A stretch of DNA of 64,000 nucleotides, taken from assembly GCA_004764695.1 (NCBI GenBank), contig SMSO01000014.1:6686029-6750028 (forward strand), given 5' to 3'. The position numbers and the translations under genes were made by a program. The DNA comes from Schizochytrium sp. TIO01 (taxonomy: Eukaryota > Protista > Bigyra: Labyrinthulomycetes). The notes beneath the pieces were generated by a model, which had not been told where the DNA came from, ran no database searches, and saw nothing but the letters and a program-made list of their open reading frames with translations. Position 1 is the stretch's first letter. Each line of letters opens with the position of its first letter. This document shows, in pieces, positions 1-9,621 of this stretch.

Positions 1-1269
1 GATGAAGTGCAGCCAAAGAACATCCTGATGATTGGACCCACCGGATGCGGAAAAACTGAGATTGCACGCCGACTTGCAAAGCTCTCCCAGGCACCGTTTG
101 TCAAGGTGGAAGCAACCAAGTTCACTGAGGTCGGTTTCCATGGTCGCGATGTGGATAAGATCATCCAAGACCTCGTAGAGGCCAGTATCCAGATCACCAA
201 GCAGATCAAGACAGAGGCACAGGCCCGCGAGGTTGAGCGCGCTGTAGAGGCACAGATCCTTGACATCTTGACCGGCAAGAGCAGCAAGGCCACGCGCAAG
301 TCGTTTAGGGACCTCCTGCGTAAGGGCGAGCTTGACAAGCACAGCATCACCATTGATGCCCCCGTGCAGGGCGGACCTGGTGGCAGCGGACCCTTCCCGC
401 TCGCCATTGAGGGCTCTGCTGCCAACCCTGTGCAGATGAACCAGCTTTTTGCTCAACTCGGCAAGATGATGGGCGGCCAGAAGAAGGAGCGCCGTAAGAT
501 GACCATCGCTGAGGCCAAGCGTATTCTCGCCGACATGGAGATGGAGCAGCGCCTGGAGAACGTGGATCTCACCAAGGAGGCTATCCACCTTGCCGAGCAG
601 AACGGTATTGTCTTCATCGATGAGATCGATAAGATCGTTAGTGGCGACTCGCGCAGCTCTGCTGATGCATCTGCCGAGGGTGTGCAGCGCGATTTGCTCC
701 CGCTCATTGAGGGATCCGTCGTCAACACCAAGCACGGAAACGTGGACACCAACCACATCCTCTTTATCACCTCGGGTGCCTTCCACGTGAGTTCCCCTTC
801 GGATCTCCTTCCCGAGCTTCAGGGCCGTCTGCCCATCCGCGTTGAGCTCCAGGGCCTCACGGAGAAGGACCTGTACCGTATCCTCACTGTGCCCCAGGCC
901 AACCTCGTTACCCAGCAGATCAGCTTGCTCCGCACTGAGGGCGTCGACGTAGAGTTCGATGCTGAGGCCATCAAGGAGATGGCACACATTGCCGCCGAGG
1001 TCAACAACACCATTGAGAACATTGGCGCTCGTCGCTTGCACACCATCATGGAGCGCGTCGTTGAGGAGATCTCCTTCTACGCCCCGGAGCTCATTGATAA
1101 CTTCAAAGACGGAAAGCCATTAGCTGACCCTGAGCTTGCCAAGGTTTACAAGGTTGAGCCGGGCAAGGCCGATGGCGACCTGCCCCGCATTATCATCACC
1201 AAGGATATTGTTTCTAGCAAGATTGGTGACTTGCTCCAGAAGTCTGACTTTGACCGCTTCATCCTTTAG
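1..1269 (+). CDS. hslU: ATP-dependent protease ATPase subunit HslU (ClpY), probably mitochondrial; 5'-truncated by the window edge
   Basis: Frame is open from base 1 (DEVQPKNILMIGPTGCGKTEIARRLAK = Walker A). Also KVEATKFTEVG, Walker B IVFIDEIDKI, EGVQRDLLPLIEG, PELQGRLPIRVEL, NIGARRLHT and the C-terminal DFDRFIL tail typical of HslU. Strong C/G-ending codon bias. Confidence 0.97.
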   Translation, partial: DEVQPKNILMIGPTGCGKTEIARRLAKLSQAPFVKVEATKFTEVGFHGRDVDKIIQDLVEASIQITKQIKTEAQAREVERAVEAQILDILTGKSSKATRKSFRDLLRKGELDKHSITIDAPVQGGPGGSGPFPLAIEGSAANPVQMNQLFAQLGKMMGGQKKERRKMTIAEAKRILADMEMEQRLENVDLTKEAIHLAEQNGIVFIDEIDKIVSGDSRSSADASAEGVQRDLLPLIEGSVVNTKHGNVDTNHILFITSGAFHVSSPSDLLPELQGRLPIRVELQGLTEKDLYRILTVPQANLVTQQISLLRTEGVDVEFDAEAIKEMAHIAAEVNNTIENIGARRLHTIMERVVEEISFYAPELIDNFKDGKPLADPELAKVYKVEPGKADGDLPRIIITKDIVSSKIGDLLQKSDFDRFIL

Positions 1270-1326
1270 ACACACACCACTCAAACAGGTTAATTACATT
1301 TTGGCACTCGGATAATATCCCAAATT

Positions 1327-1374
1327 TACTACTACTACTACTATTACTTCTACTACTACTTCTACTACTACTAC
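1327..1374. repeat. (TAC)n imperfect microsatellite just downstream of hslU
   Basis: tactactactactactattacttctactactacttctactactactac read directly. Confidence 0.9.
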
Positions 1375-2314
1375 ATCATTTTGCTTGTCTTTACTGTTAA
1401 CGGGGCCAGTTGTCTTCTTCTCCGGAATCACCTACAAACTCAGCTTTGCCTGTTGTTACCATACGCGCACTGTTGAAGCATAAACACCTCTACCTATTTT
1501 TGGAATTGCATTCACTTCGGTACTCTTGAAAAGAACTCTGAGGTATCCCTAGTGCTTGTTTTCCTGTGGTTTATCACTGTTTAATGGGGCTATTAATAGG
1601 ACCTGGAAACACTCATGTTCTTGCACACCAAATGGATTTATCTTTTCCGTTGTGCAGGATAAGCCCCAAACTAGGTATTCTGCTTTTTTTTTTTTTCTTT
1701 CCTTTTTTTAAAGTATAAGAGCGCATTCATGTCAACCTGAGTTATTGTCAGCGTAGAACCTTGCTTACCTCATTGAACATCTTATTCTGAATCATCAAAT
1801 GAGTGCAGCCCTTTTGATGTTTCTGCATTGAGTGTGGTGAGCATTGTCATTATTCTCCCCTGGGAACTGAGGAACTTCCCTCCAAATGCGAACATAGGCT
1901 TTTACTAAATTTCAACAAGGAGATAAACCGTATATTCTAAAAGAAAAGCTCAAGACGATTCACCATCAAATAATTACTATCCAAGTGCATCACCATCATC
2001 ACTTTTTCATTGGGATAATCAAGGAAGAAAGGAAATATGAAAAGAAAGAAAAGAAAAGAGAGCAAGTAAACCCATAATAAACGAACAAAAAGGCAAACAA
2101 ACAAAAAAGCAAACAAACAAAAAAGAAGAACAAAAAAGCAAACAAACTAACTAAGCAAAGTCTGACTCTCGTTCGATTGATTTAAATCTCGCTCGATCAT
2201 TCTACGCGATCCCACGAAGCAAACAAACTTTCCTCCACTGCTATCGTCATCTTCGTCGCCAAATTTGAGCCATTCCCAAATTCGATGACGCCATCGTCAA
2301 AATCAACGCCACAT

Positions 2315-2971
2315 TTACCGCCTGGCAGCGCACGCCTCGAACTTGTTAATTACATCCTGGCACTCAGGAATCGAGCCCTCTGCACGGATGCACTCCATGC
2401 ACGCGGCCTGTTCCTCTGCGCAAGGTCCCTCAAAAGAAGGTGGCGGCACGTGCCGGCCCCTCTTCTGCCTCTGCTGCTCCTGCTGCTGCTCGCGAGCAGC
2501 TGCCAGGTCTGCCTCGCTGGGAATGCTGCGGAGAATGCCCTCAAGCTCGGCCGCCGCCACCTTCTCCTGCCTCGAGAGAGCAGCGAAGTGCCTCCGCTCG
2601 GCCTCGCGACGCTCGCGCTCCACGCGCTCGGCCTCGGCGAGCTGCGCCGCAATGCCAGCTTCTGCGAGGTTGTTTTGCGTTGCGGAGGATCCAGAAGATC
2701 CAGAGGTTCCCGGCGTTCCATCGTCATCCTCGCCGGGCTCCGGCTCGCCCTGGAGCCTGCGGACGAGCTCCGGGGAGAAGACCATGTTGAAGCCGCGCTC
2801 TTCATCGGGGACGTCAGAGCGGTCATGGTCCTGCTCCTCGTCCTCCTCCTCGTGGATATCGCTGTCGCCGTCGGCCTCGTCCTCGCGGGGCGCCTGGTCC
2901 TGCGGAACGGAGCCGGAACCTTCAGAACCGCGGCCATCATCGTCGCCGCTGCTGGATGAGGAGTTGCCCAT
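2315..2971 (-). CDS. MIC19: MICOS subunit Mic19/CHCHD3-like protein (N-myristoylation motif, coiled coil, C-terminal CHCH domain)
   Basis: Starts MGNSSS (Gly2 myristoylation consensus). Then FNMVFSPELVRRLQ, a charged coiled coil (AERVERERREAERR) and a C-terminal twin CX9C (C-AEEQAACME-C ... C-QDVINKFEA-C). This matches the Mic19/Mic25 architecture. Confidence 0.8.
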   Translation of the reverse strand: MGNSSSSSGDDDGRGSEGSGSVPQDQAPREDEADGDSDIHEEEDEEQDHDRSDVPDEERGFNMVFSPELVRRLQGEPEPGEDDDGTPGTSGSSGSSATQNNLAEAGIAAQLAEAERVERERREAERRHFAALSRQEKVAAAELEGILRSIPSEADLAAAREQQQEQQRQKRGRHVPPPSFEGPCAEEQAACMECIRAEGSIPECQDVINKFEACAARR

Positions 2972-3528
2972 CGCGCTGTGCTGGGGTGGGACGGGCCCGA
3001 CTGGAGAGGAGGGGTGGCCTGGGAGACGTTATGGGCGACTGCAGCCGCGTGGCGGGCTGACGGGAGAAGCCTGTCGACGGTCTGCTCGGGAGCCGCCGAG
3101 TAATTGGTGATTGATTGTCTGCAGCTGGAGCGCCTCATATCCATGCAAATGCTCTTTTTTATTTCTCCGCCATATTACGCATAGTTAGGCAGATGGTTTA
3201 CCCGAAACGCCGACGGTCTACCTTGGGCCTAACACCGCTACAGCACCACTAAGGTAATGTTCTGCCGATTTATCCGGAGACACGGAGACAAAAGAAGCGT
3301 AGAAATGAATGAATCAAAATGCATCGATGAAGGATAAAAACTGAGTGAGGTGGGTCGCCTTCGAGAGCTCAGAAAATGGGCCACATAGCTTGAGCCTGCA
3401 AGCTCGTGGATGGAGACGAAGCTCGCGAGTGACAAGTGCTTGTAGAAAGCTTTTGTTTGTCTTTATTTTCTAAGAATGCTACATAGACTTTGGCAGCTGA
3501 CAGGTATGTGTTATTTAGGTTTTGGAGA

Positions 3529-3555
3529 AAGAAGAAGAAGAAGAAGAAGAAGAAG

Positions 3556-3585
<30 letters not shown>
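3529..3585. repeat. (AAG)19 perfect microsatellite
   Basis: Uninterrupted AAG run between the Mic19-like gene and the next gene. Confidence 0.95.
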
Positions 3586-3586
<1 letters not shown>

Positions 3587-4028
3587 GGAGAGACAATGCG
3601 AGAAAGCAATCGATGTCATCTGGCACTGGGCCAAGATGATGAATAGGGATCTACAGTGCTGATCGAACTGATAGCGACGATGAATTAGAGCATGTACCCC
3701 CCGCTCGCTCGCAGATGAAAAGCAAAAATGCTGAGGAGTTTTGGGGGATAGTAGCGGGAGATACATTTTTTTTCCAGAACTTATGCTGTGAAAAATGTGA
3801 CCATAACGGATATAAATGTGAAAGTATAGATGTAATAGGATTAGTATTAGGATAAGTACATACATGTGGTTCACAGAGAATGCTTCTGAAAGACTTAGAG
3901 GGTGTGTATTAATTAATAACATGCGTAAGAACCCGGTCATTGCGCAAGGAATTAGATGCCGCACGGCACGGGGAGGGCGGCGGCGGTGATGGGCAAGATA
4001 TATTGATTTATTTGAAGACACAGGGCGC

Positions 4029-7000
4029 ATGAATGGCCCAGATCTGGCGCCTAGTAACCTACGGGCGTCTGATGTTACAGACGTTGAGCCAGAAGCTTCA
4101 GGTAAGAAGCTAGAACTAGTTCGCAGTTCATCTCTTTCTTCGTTGTCATCAGAAGTCAAAGAAACCAATGCAGATGCCGAAGAATCCACCAATGTTGCAT
4201 CCGGATGGGACGATGAAAGCAAGCTACTTGATTCAAAGACAGAGCTAGTTCATGAGTCGTCACTTTCTTCGACAACTTCGGCGTCCAAGATAAAAGGTAC
4301 CGATGAGGAAGTTAAAGAGTTCACCACAGCAGGATCGAGCTGGATGGACGAAAATTCTGTACTTGAATCAGAGGCAGGACCAATTCGCAAGCCATCATTT
4401 TCATCAATATCATCGAAATTAAACCAAACTGACGCAGTAGCTGCAGAATCTTTTGAAGAAGGATTAGGTTTTGGCGGCGAAAATGCCGTGTTTGAATCAA
4501 AGGTGGAGAGATACTCAATACTAAACACAGCGTCACCTGCTCAAGAGGATGCTCTTAAACCTTCGGAAGTACTAGAAACACATGGAGGTTGGTCTGCTCC
4601 TAGCGAGAGAGATTTAGGGACTGGGAAGATGGAGAAAGAGGATTCTATTGAGAAAAGTAACACAGGGGAAGAAGAAAAGAACAATTTTAATGGAGTTACA
4701 TCCGATGATTCAAACAATTGCTCTCGTAGAGGAGAAGAAAAACAAGAGGAAGAAAGTAAACAAAACAATACACAAGAACCAAAAAATAAAACTACATGGT
4801 TTGCAAAGTATGATACTGAGGTCACACGCAAGCTAAGAACTCTTTTAGAAAACCAGGATCAGGATGAAAGATGTATTGACGAGAGTGAGTTTCACTTTCA
4901 GCGCAGAGGAATCAACAGGATATACCCAAATGATGATGAAAGACTAGATTTATGGTCGTCAACGGGATATCATTATGAAACACCTCGAGCTACCCTAATA
5001 AGTACCATCTGCCGAGACAATTTGAAGGACCGACATTTCTTGCGAGGAGACGCTGTAATTTTCCCAGATCCTCGACCATTGGACCCGGGCCGCCCAGAAA
5101 AGCATGCGGAATGGACAGGGCGAATCATTGAGTCCCCATTCAACGAACAAGTTAGTGTGCGTGCGCAGCGAACTTTACATCGCACCTCAGGTGCTTACGA
5201 TACCAAGTCTTCTCTTGCTGTTGTGAGGCGAGGGGGTGGAGATGGCAATGCACTCTACAAGGTCGAAGTCGTGGCGAAGCGAATTTTAGGAGGCATACTT
5301 GCCGCACAAGAGCACGAATATACCAAGATTATCGATGATTATATTACCTCTAGACGATCAAGAGGCGGCCGCTCCTCTCGCAAACATCGAGCAAATTACG
5401 AACTTTTGCATATTAGTGTACTAGAGTCGCCAGACGAATGCAGACGAAGAAAGTTAACCCGCGTTGTTCAAAATTGGTTGTTACGATACTTGCGCCAAGG
5501 CGTTTCTGCGTGGATAGAGCTTGTATACTTCCAACGTGAGCAGGAAAGACGTTTAGCGGCAACGATTCGCCTGCAAGCATTTGCACGCTTTCTTCTCTCT
5601 CGCAAGTTAACACTCGAGAAAAGGTTGGCTGCACAGCTTGCTTGGGAGCACCGGCAGCGAACACTTGAAGCTGAGCGCCTCGCGGCCTTGGAGGCCGAGC
5701 GACGTGCCCAGCATGAAGCGTATCTTCGCGAACATGGCGTAACACGCGATGGGATACGTTTCTTTGAAACAGAAGAGGCAATGGCCGCATTCTATGAGCG
5801 AATGGGAAGCAATGTGCAAACGCATTGAGATACAAGTTGGTCGTTTGGCCTCAGGACTTAAAGCGCAAGCCATAGAACGGTGGAAATACTATCTAAATGA
5901 GGTACTTCCCGCCTGCGCATTTAGATGTCGAGGCCATCTCACAAGATGTAGGTGGTCTACGATCATTACTCTCACGTGAGCTTGGGTGTGACGAGACTTG
6001 CAATCTAGGGGACTTAACCTCAAAACTCTCTCGCATTGCCGACTTAGAAACAGAGCGTTTAGTTGATATTCGGGCGAAATCTTCCTTTTTAGCCCCTTGG
6101 CATGCCCAAGAAGGTATCCGACTTCCCCCATTAGCATCTCCTGGTGCTCGCCTTCTATCAACTGGAGTCGTGCGCGTAGATGATACCGAGCAGTTGGAGC
6201 GCTTCAGAAAGTTTCACGCAGGGCCGACGGATTGCACGGCCTGGCTGGCACGCGGAGCTGGCGCAAAGCTACTTTTTGGCGCATTTCCTCGTGGCCAGGC
6301 ATTTCCTAGTGCCAAAGGCCCAATTACAAGCCGCAGTGGTGCCGTCATATCCGTATTGCTAGCTGGCATTGGTACCTTTGTAAGCCTTATAGAACCTGAG
6401 GAGTTGCTGAGACTTGAGTCTGGTCAGATTAGTTTGCCCATGGAGTCTGATGCCAAAGAAGGTGATGAGAGAGTAATGCGTAGGTCCAGAGCAGGGTCTT
6501 CGGTCGGAGTTTCCTCGGCAACAAGCGCGACTCAAGCACGAGCAGATGCTCTTTGTGCAGAGTTGCGAGCAGAGTTGATGGCAAGCTTGCGTGCTGCAGA
6601 AGAGGCGTCAAAGAGTGCAACACAAAGAGCAAATCGAGCTCGTGAGGTAGGTTATGGTGCCACACAGCGTGAAGCACTCGAACGAGCTGAAGCTGATCGA
6701 GCTCGAGAAGTAAGACGTGCAAGAGAAGCTTTAGATGCAGTCGCAGAGCGTTTGCATCATTTACAATTCTCCATGCCACGTGGTGGTGATGGCGGGGGTA
6801 GACCAAAAGATGATGCTCGAATCATAGCGTTGTTAAGAGAACTTGAGTTACGCCTCCGGCGTCGAGAGCGAGTGTTTATCTTTTCCACTGGTGGTGGAGG
6901 TCGTGCGGGAGCTATTGCGGCCCTTCTATTGGCCAGATTATATGGATTACCAGCACATGAGGCACTTCGACGTGTACAGCGACACCACGATGCGATGCCC

Positions 7001-7267
7001 AAGTATCGTGGTATGCGCCCTGAAAATATTCCAGCGTGTCCCCGAACTCAGTCTCAAAGAGCTATGGTTGAGCGTCTGCTAGCATCATACGATGCTGCGC
7101 TGGATACTATCGCAACTCGAGGTCTAGTTCCAAGGAGTATGGGAAATCCTGATGAGGATCACGAATCCTCAAGTGTGACAGTTTCTGAAACAGTCATTGG
7201 CACAATACGAGAAGGTTCGAGAGCAGTTCGAGGAGGTCTTTTACCCCTACCTGAGATACGTTTTTAG
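4029..7267 (+). CDS. About 1078-aa protein: acidic low-complexity N-terminus, IQ motif, coiled coil, and a C-terminal PTP/dual-specificity-phosphatase-like domain lacking the catalytic Cys. Split by two +1 frameshifts.
   Basis: ORFs 4029-5828, 5749-5979 and 5897-7267 join if one A is removed at 5801-5802 (FYER|WEAMCKRIEIQV) and one at 5895-5897 (WKYYL|MRYFPP). IQ-like motif ATIRLQAFARFLLSRK. DSP-like elements: TAWL...LLFGAFP, VFIFSTGGGGRAG (P-loop position), ALLLARLYGLPAHEALRRVQ and CPRTQSQRAMV. Confidence 0.75.
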
Positions 7268-7816
7268 GTGATTTCTAGCTGTCGAATTTGCAAGCTTGCT
7301 GCTATTTATTTAAAGGCTCTGATAACTATGTAAAGTTTTCTAATGTGCGATTCTTTAGGCAAGATAGCCAATAACATTACAGCTGATTTTCTTCATCACC
7401 CCCTCCCCCTCCCCTTCCCCTCCCCTTATCAAATTTCAGGGACTTGCCATACCAGACAGGTTCTTTCGGTAAGTGAAGAACTTGTAGTAAATAGCGTGTC
7501 AACAATATCCCGTCAATTACATGCGCACCAAAAATAACATATTTACGTCTGATCCTCTCAAGTTGAAATGTAGAACTAGATACTTCAAAGAAGATAAGCT
7601 CATTCCTAGACGCTTTGCATGTCGGCAAACATCTCCATCTCGCATAATCTAGGCACCCACCATGTACCAAATATAAACAATTAAATATGTGACCCGTAGG
7701 ACTATAAGAATTGAACTGTAAACTATAGAAAAACAATTAATCGGTAGATCTCAGTCCACCACCAACACCTGTGAATCTTTTGCAAATCTCTAACACCGAA
7801 CAGCAAGTCCTTGAAA

Positions 7817-8935
7817 ATGGAGTCGAAGAACCTCGTCCGCGCGACGCTGCCGGTCCTCGCCGTGGCAGAGGTCGTGGGCCTTGCTGGCGCGATTGCCCAG
7901 CAAAAGAAGGCACGCACCGCTGCTGCTGAGAATGAGAACGCTAAGGACGATGCCAAAATCGCTCAAGACAACGGGGCTGCTTCGAACGCGGTGAAAATGC
8001 GTCTCAAGGATACTGCTCAAAGGCTCGCACGAGCTGCTGCTGTCTTTGGAGGCGTGGAGGCTGTGGCGAGAAAATCCAAAGATCCAAAGGTGCTTTTTGC
8101 AAGCGCTGCAGGCCTTCAGGCGGCTGTTGGCGCGTTTCCGTGGAACTTGGCCCTTTACTTTGCTTTGAGAGGCGCTGTCGCAAGGTTCCGTGAACGCGGA
8201 TTCACAGCACATTTGAACCCTCTTGCAATTTTCGTGAGTCACATTTTGCATAACGGGGTCCTCATCTCACAGGCTGAGTTCGTGGATCCTGGATACCTGC
8301 GGCTTTGGCTTAAAGTCATGCGTGGCTACAATTCTGTTGAGGACTGGTACGCTGACTTTCATTCGGAGGCATATGAACGTAACGAACGCTATGAGGAGCG
8401 CCAAGTCGGCAAGGATCGCTTTGAGGCAATTCCTGGCAAGATCCGCGACGCCTTCCGCGCACAACTGCCATTTGTGACTGCTGTTTACGTTGTCCCAGCT
8501 TTACTGTACTTTAAGTCGACGATTGAAAGTTTGCGATCTGGAGTTGGTACATATCTTCTAGAGCTTACGAAGCGTATTCTGCGATCCTCGCTTGTGCTCT
8601 GTTGCCTTCCGCTTACGCTTACTGAGTTTCCCTGCGTTTATGACAAGATTATGCGACCCAAGGGAGATTCTAAGCCCGTGCGCCGTAACCCACTGGCACA
8701 CGCCTCGTGCTCAGCAGTTGTAACAACTGCTGTTTTTGCAGCGGAACCTGAAGCTAGACTTGGGCTTATGGTGGCCTACACGTGGTATCGTGGACTTGAG
8801 GCGGTTGTGCGTAAATTCCATGCAAAGATTCTCAGTGAAGACCCGGAGAACGGCAAGGAAAAGGTTGCGTTCCAGAGTGATATCGCTGCTGCTGCTCTTG
8901 TCGGTCTTGCTGCAGCCTTTACTGTGGGCAATTAA
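7817..8935 (+). CDS. Multi-pass membrane protein, TMEM135/PXMP4 (Tim17-superfamily)-like
   Basis: 372-aa ORF from the first ATG at 7817, with several hydrophobic segments. Motifs VYVVPALL, ILRSSLVL and AEPEARLGLMVAYTWYRGLE resemble the TMEM135 C-terminal 'RSSLFL' and 'E...RR.EL..Y...R..E' motifs. Confidence 0.6.
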   Translation: MESKNLVRATLPVLAVAEVVGLAGAIAQQKKARTAAAENENAKDDAKIAQDNGAASNAVKMRLKDTAQRLARAAAVFGGVEAVARKSKDPKVLFASAAGLQAAVGAFPWNLALYFALRGAVARFRERGFTAHLNPLAIFVSHILHNGVLISQAEFVDPGYLRLWLKVMRGYNSVEDWYADFHSEAYERNERYEERQVGKDRFEAIPGKIRDAFRAQLPFVTAVYVVPALLYFKSTIESLRSGVGTYLLELTKRILRSSLVLCCLPLTLTEFPCVYDKIMRPKGDSKPVRRNPLAHASCSAVVTTAVFAAEPEARLGLMVAYTWYRGLEAVVRKFHAKILSEDPENGKEKVAFQSDIAAAALVGLAAAFTVGN

Positions 8936-9621
8936 AGAGGTACTGCACTCATTAAATAAACAAACTGCGTATAAAAGAACAAGCGACCAATGGTCCTATG
9001 CTAATCTTGTTCTCTGCACTGTTTGGAATGGCTAGAGATCATCAATATCTCCAAGCCAATTAAAAAAATAAAATATATAAATATAAATATATATCTATAT
9101 CTACATAAAGTTCATATTTTGGGTGAATATGGTCACTTTTTCAAAGTTTAGCGCCGTTTTCCAGTGTTGTTCATTGCCGAAAGTAATTTCCAACTCGTTA
9201 GAAGCACTGCGCATAGTATGCTACTTTATAAAATCTAGGAATACACGCAAGTAGCCTCAGATAAATTATAAACAAAGAGTCAAAATTGTCTAATCTCACT
9301 ATGATTCTCGCTATATGAAGAAAGGTTGACAATGTCAGCGGGGAAATTGAATAGTCTAGCTGGAGTTGATTCTCTAAAACCAAAAATGGACGTGCAAACT
9401 GGCTGACACGAGGGAAAGAAGAGTCAGAAAAGGTTTACATGCGCGACGAGAGTATGATAAGGTTGCGTATCCACAGGGTAATTGCGTGTAACTTTGAAGG
9501 CATTAATTGTGTGCAGGAAGGATAGAATTTTCTCGCGCTTGATAAAAGTCTTTCACTGTTCTTTACTCAAGCATTAGTCTTTCGTGCTATGAACCTTCAA
9601 AAAATGTCCTGGCGTATTCGC

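Noticed and set aside
1-1269. HslU as evidence of a bacterial contig or operon
   Set aside because: No hslV neighbour downstream; surrounding genes are eukaryote-specific; HslU is known as a nuclear-encoded mitochondrial protein in many protists.
2285-3144. Overlapping ORFs of 224, 255 and 264 aa over the Mic19-like gene
   Set aside because: Shadow frames of a GC-rich CDS; low complexity with no motifs.
5720-5925. A single GT-AG intron joining ORFs 4029-5828 and 5897-7267
   Set aside because: Phase-compatible donors are weak, and the intervening frame (WEAMCKRIEIQVGRLASGLKAQAIERWKYYL) reads as helical protein. Two single-base insertions fit better, though an intron is not excluded.
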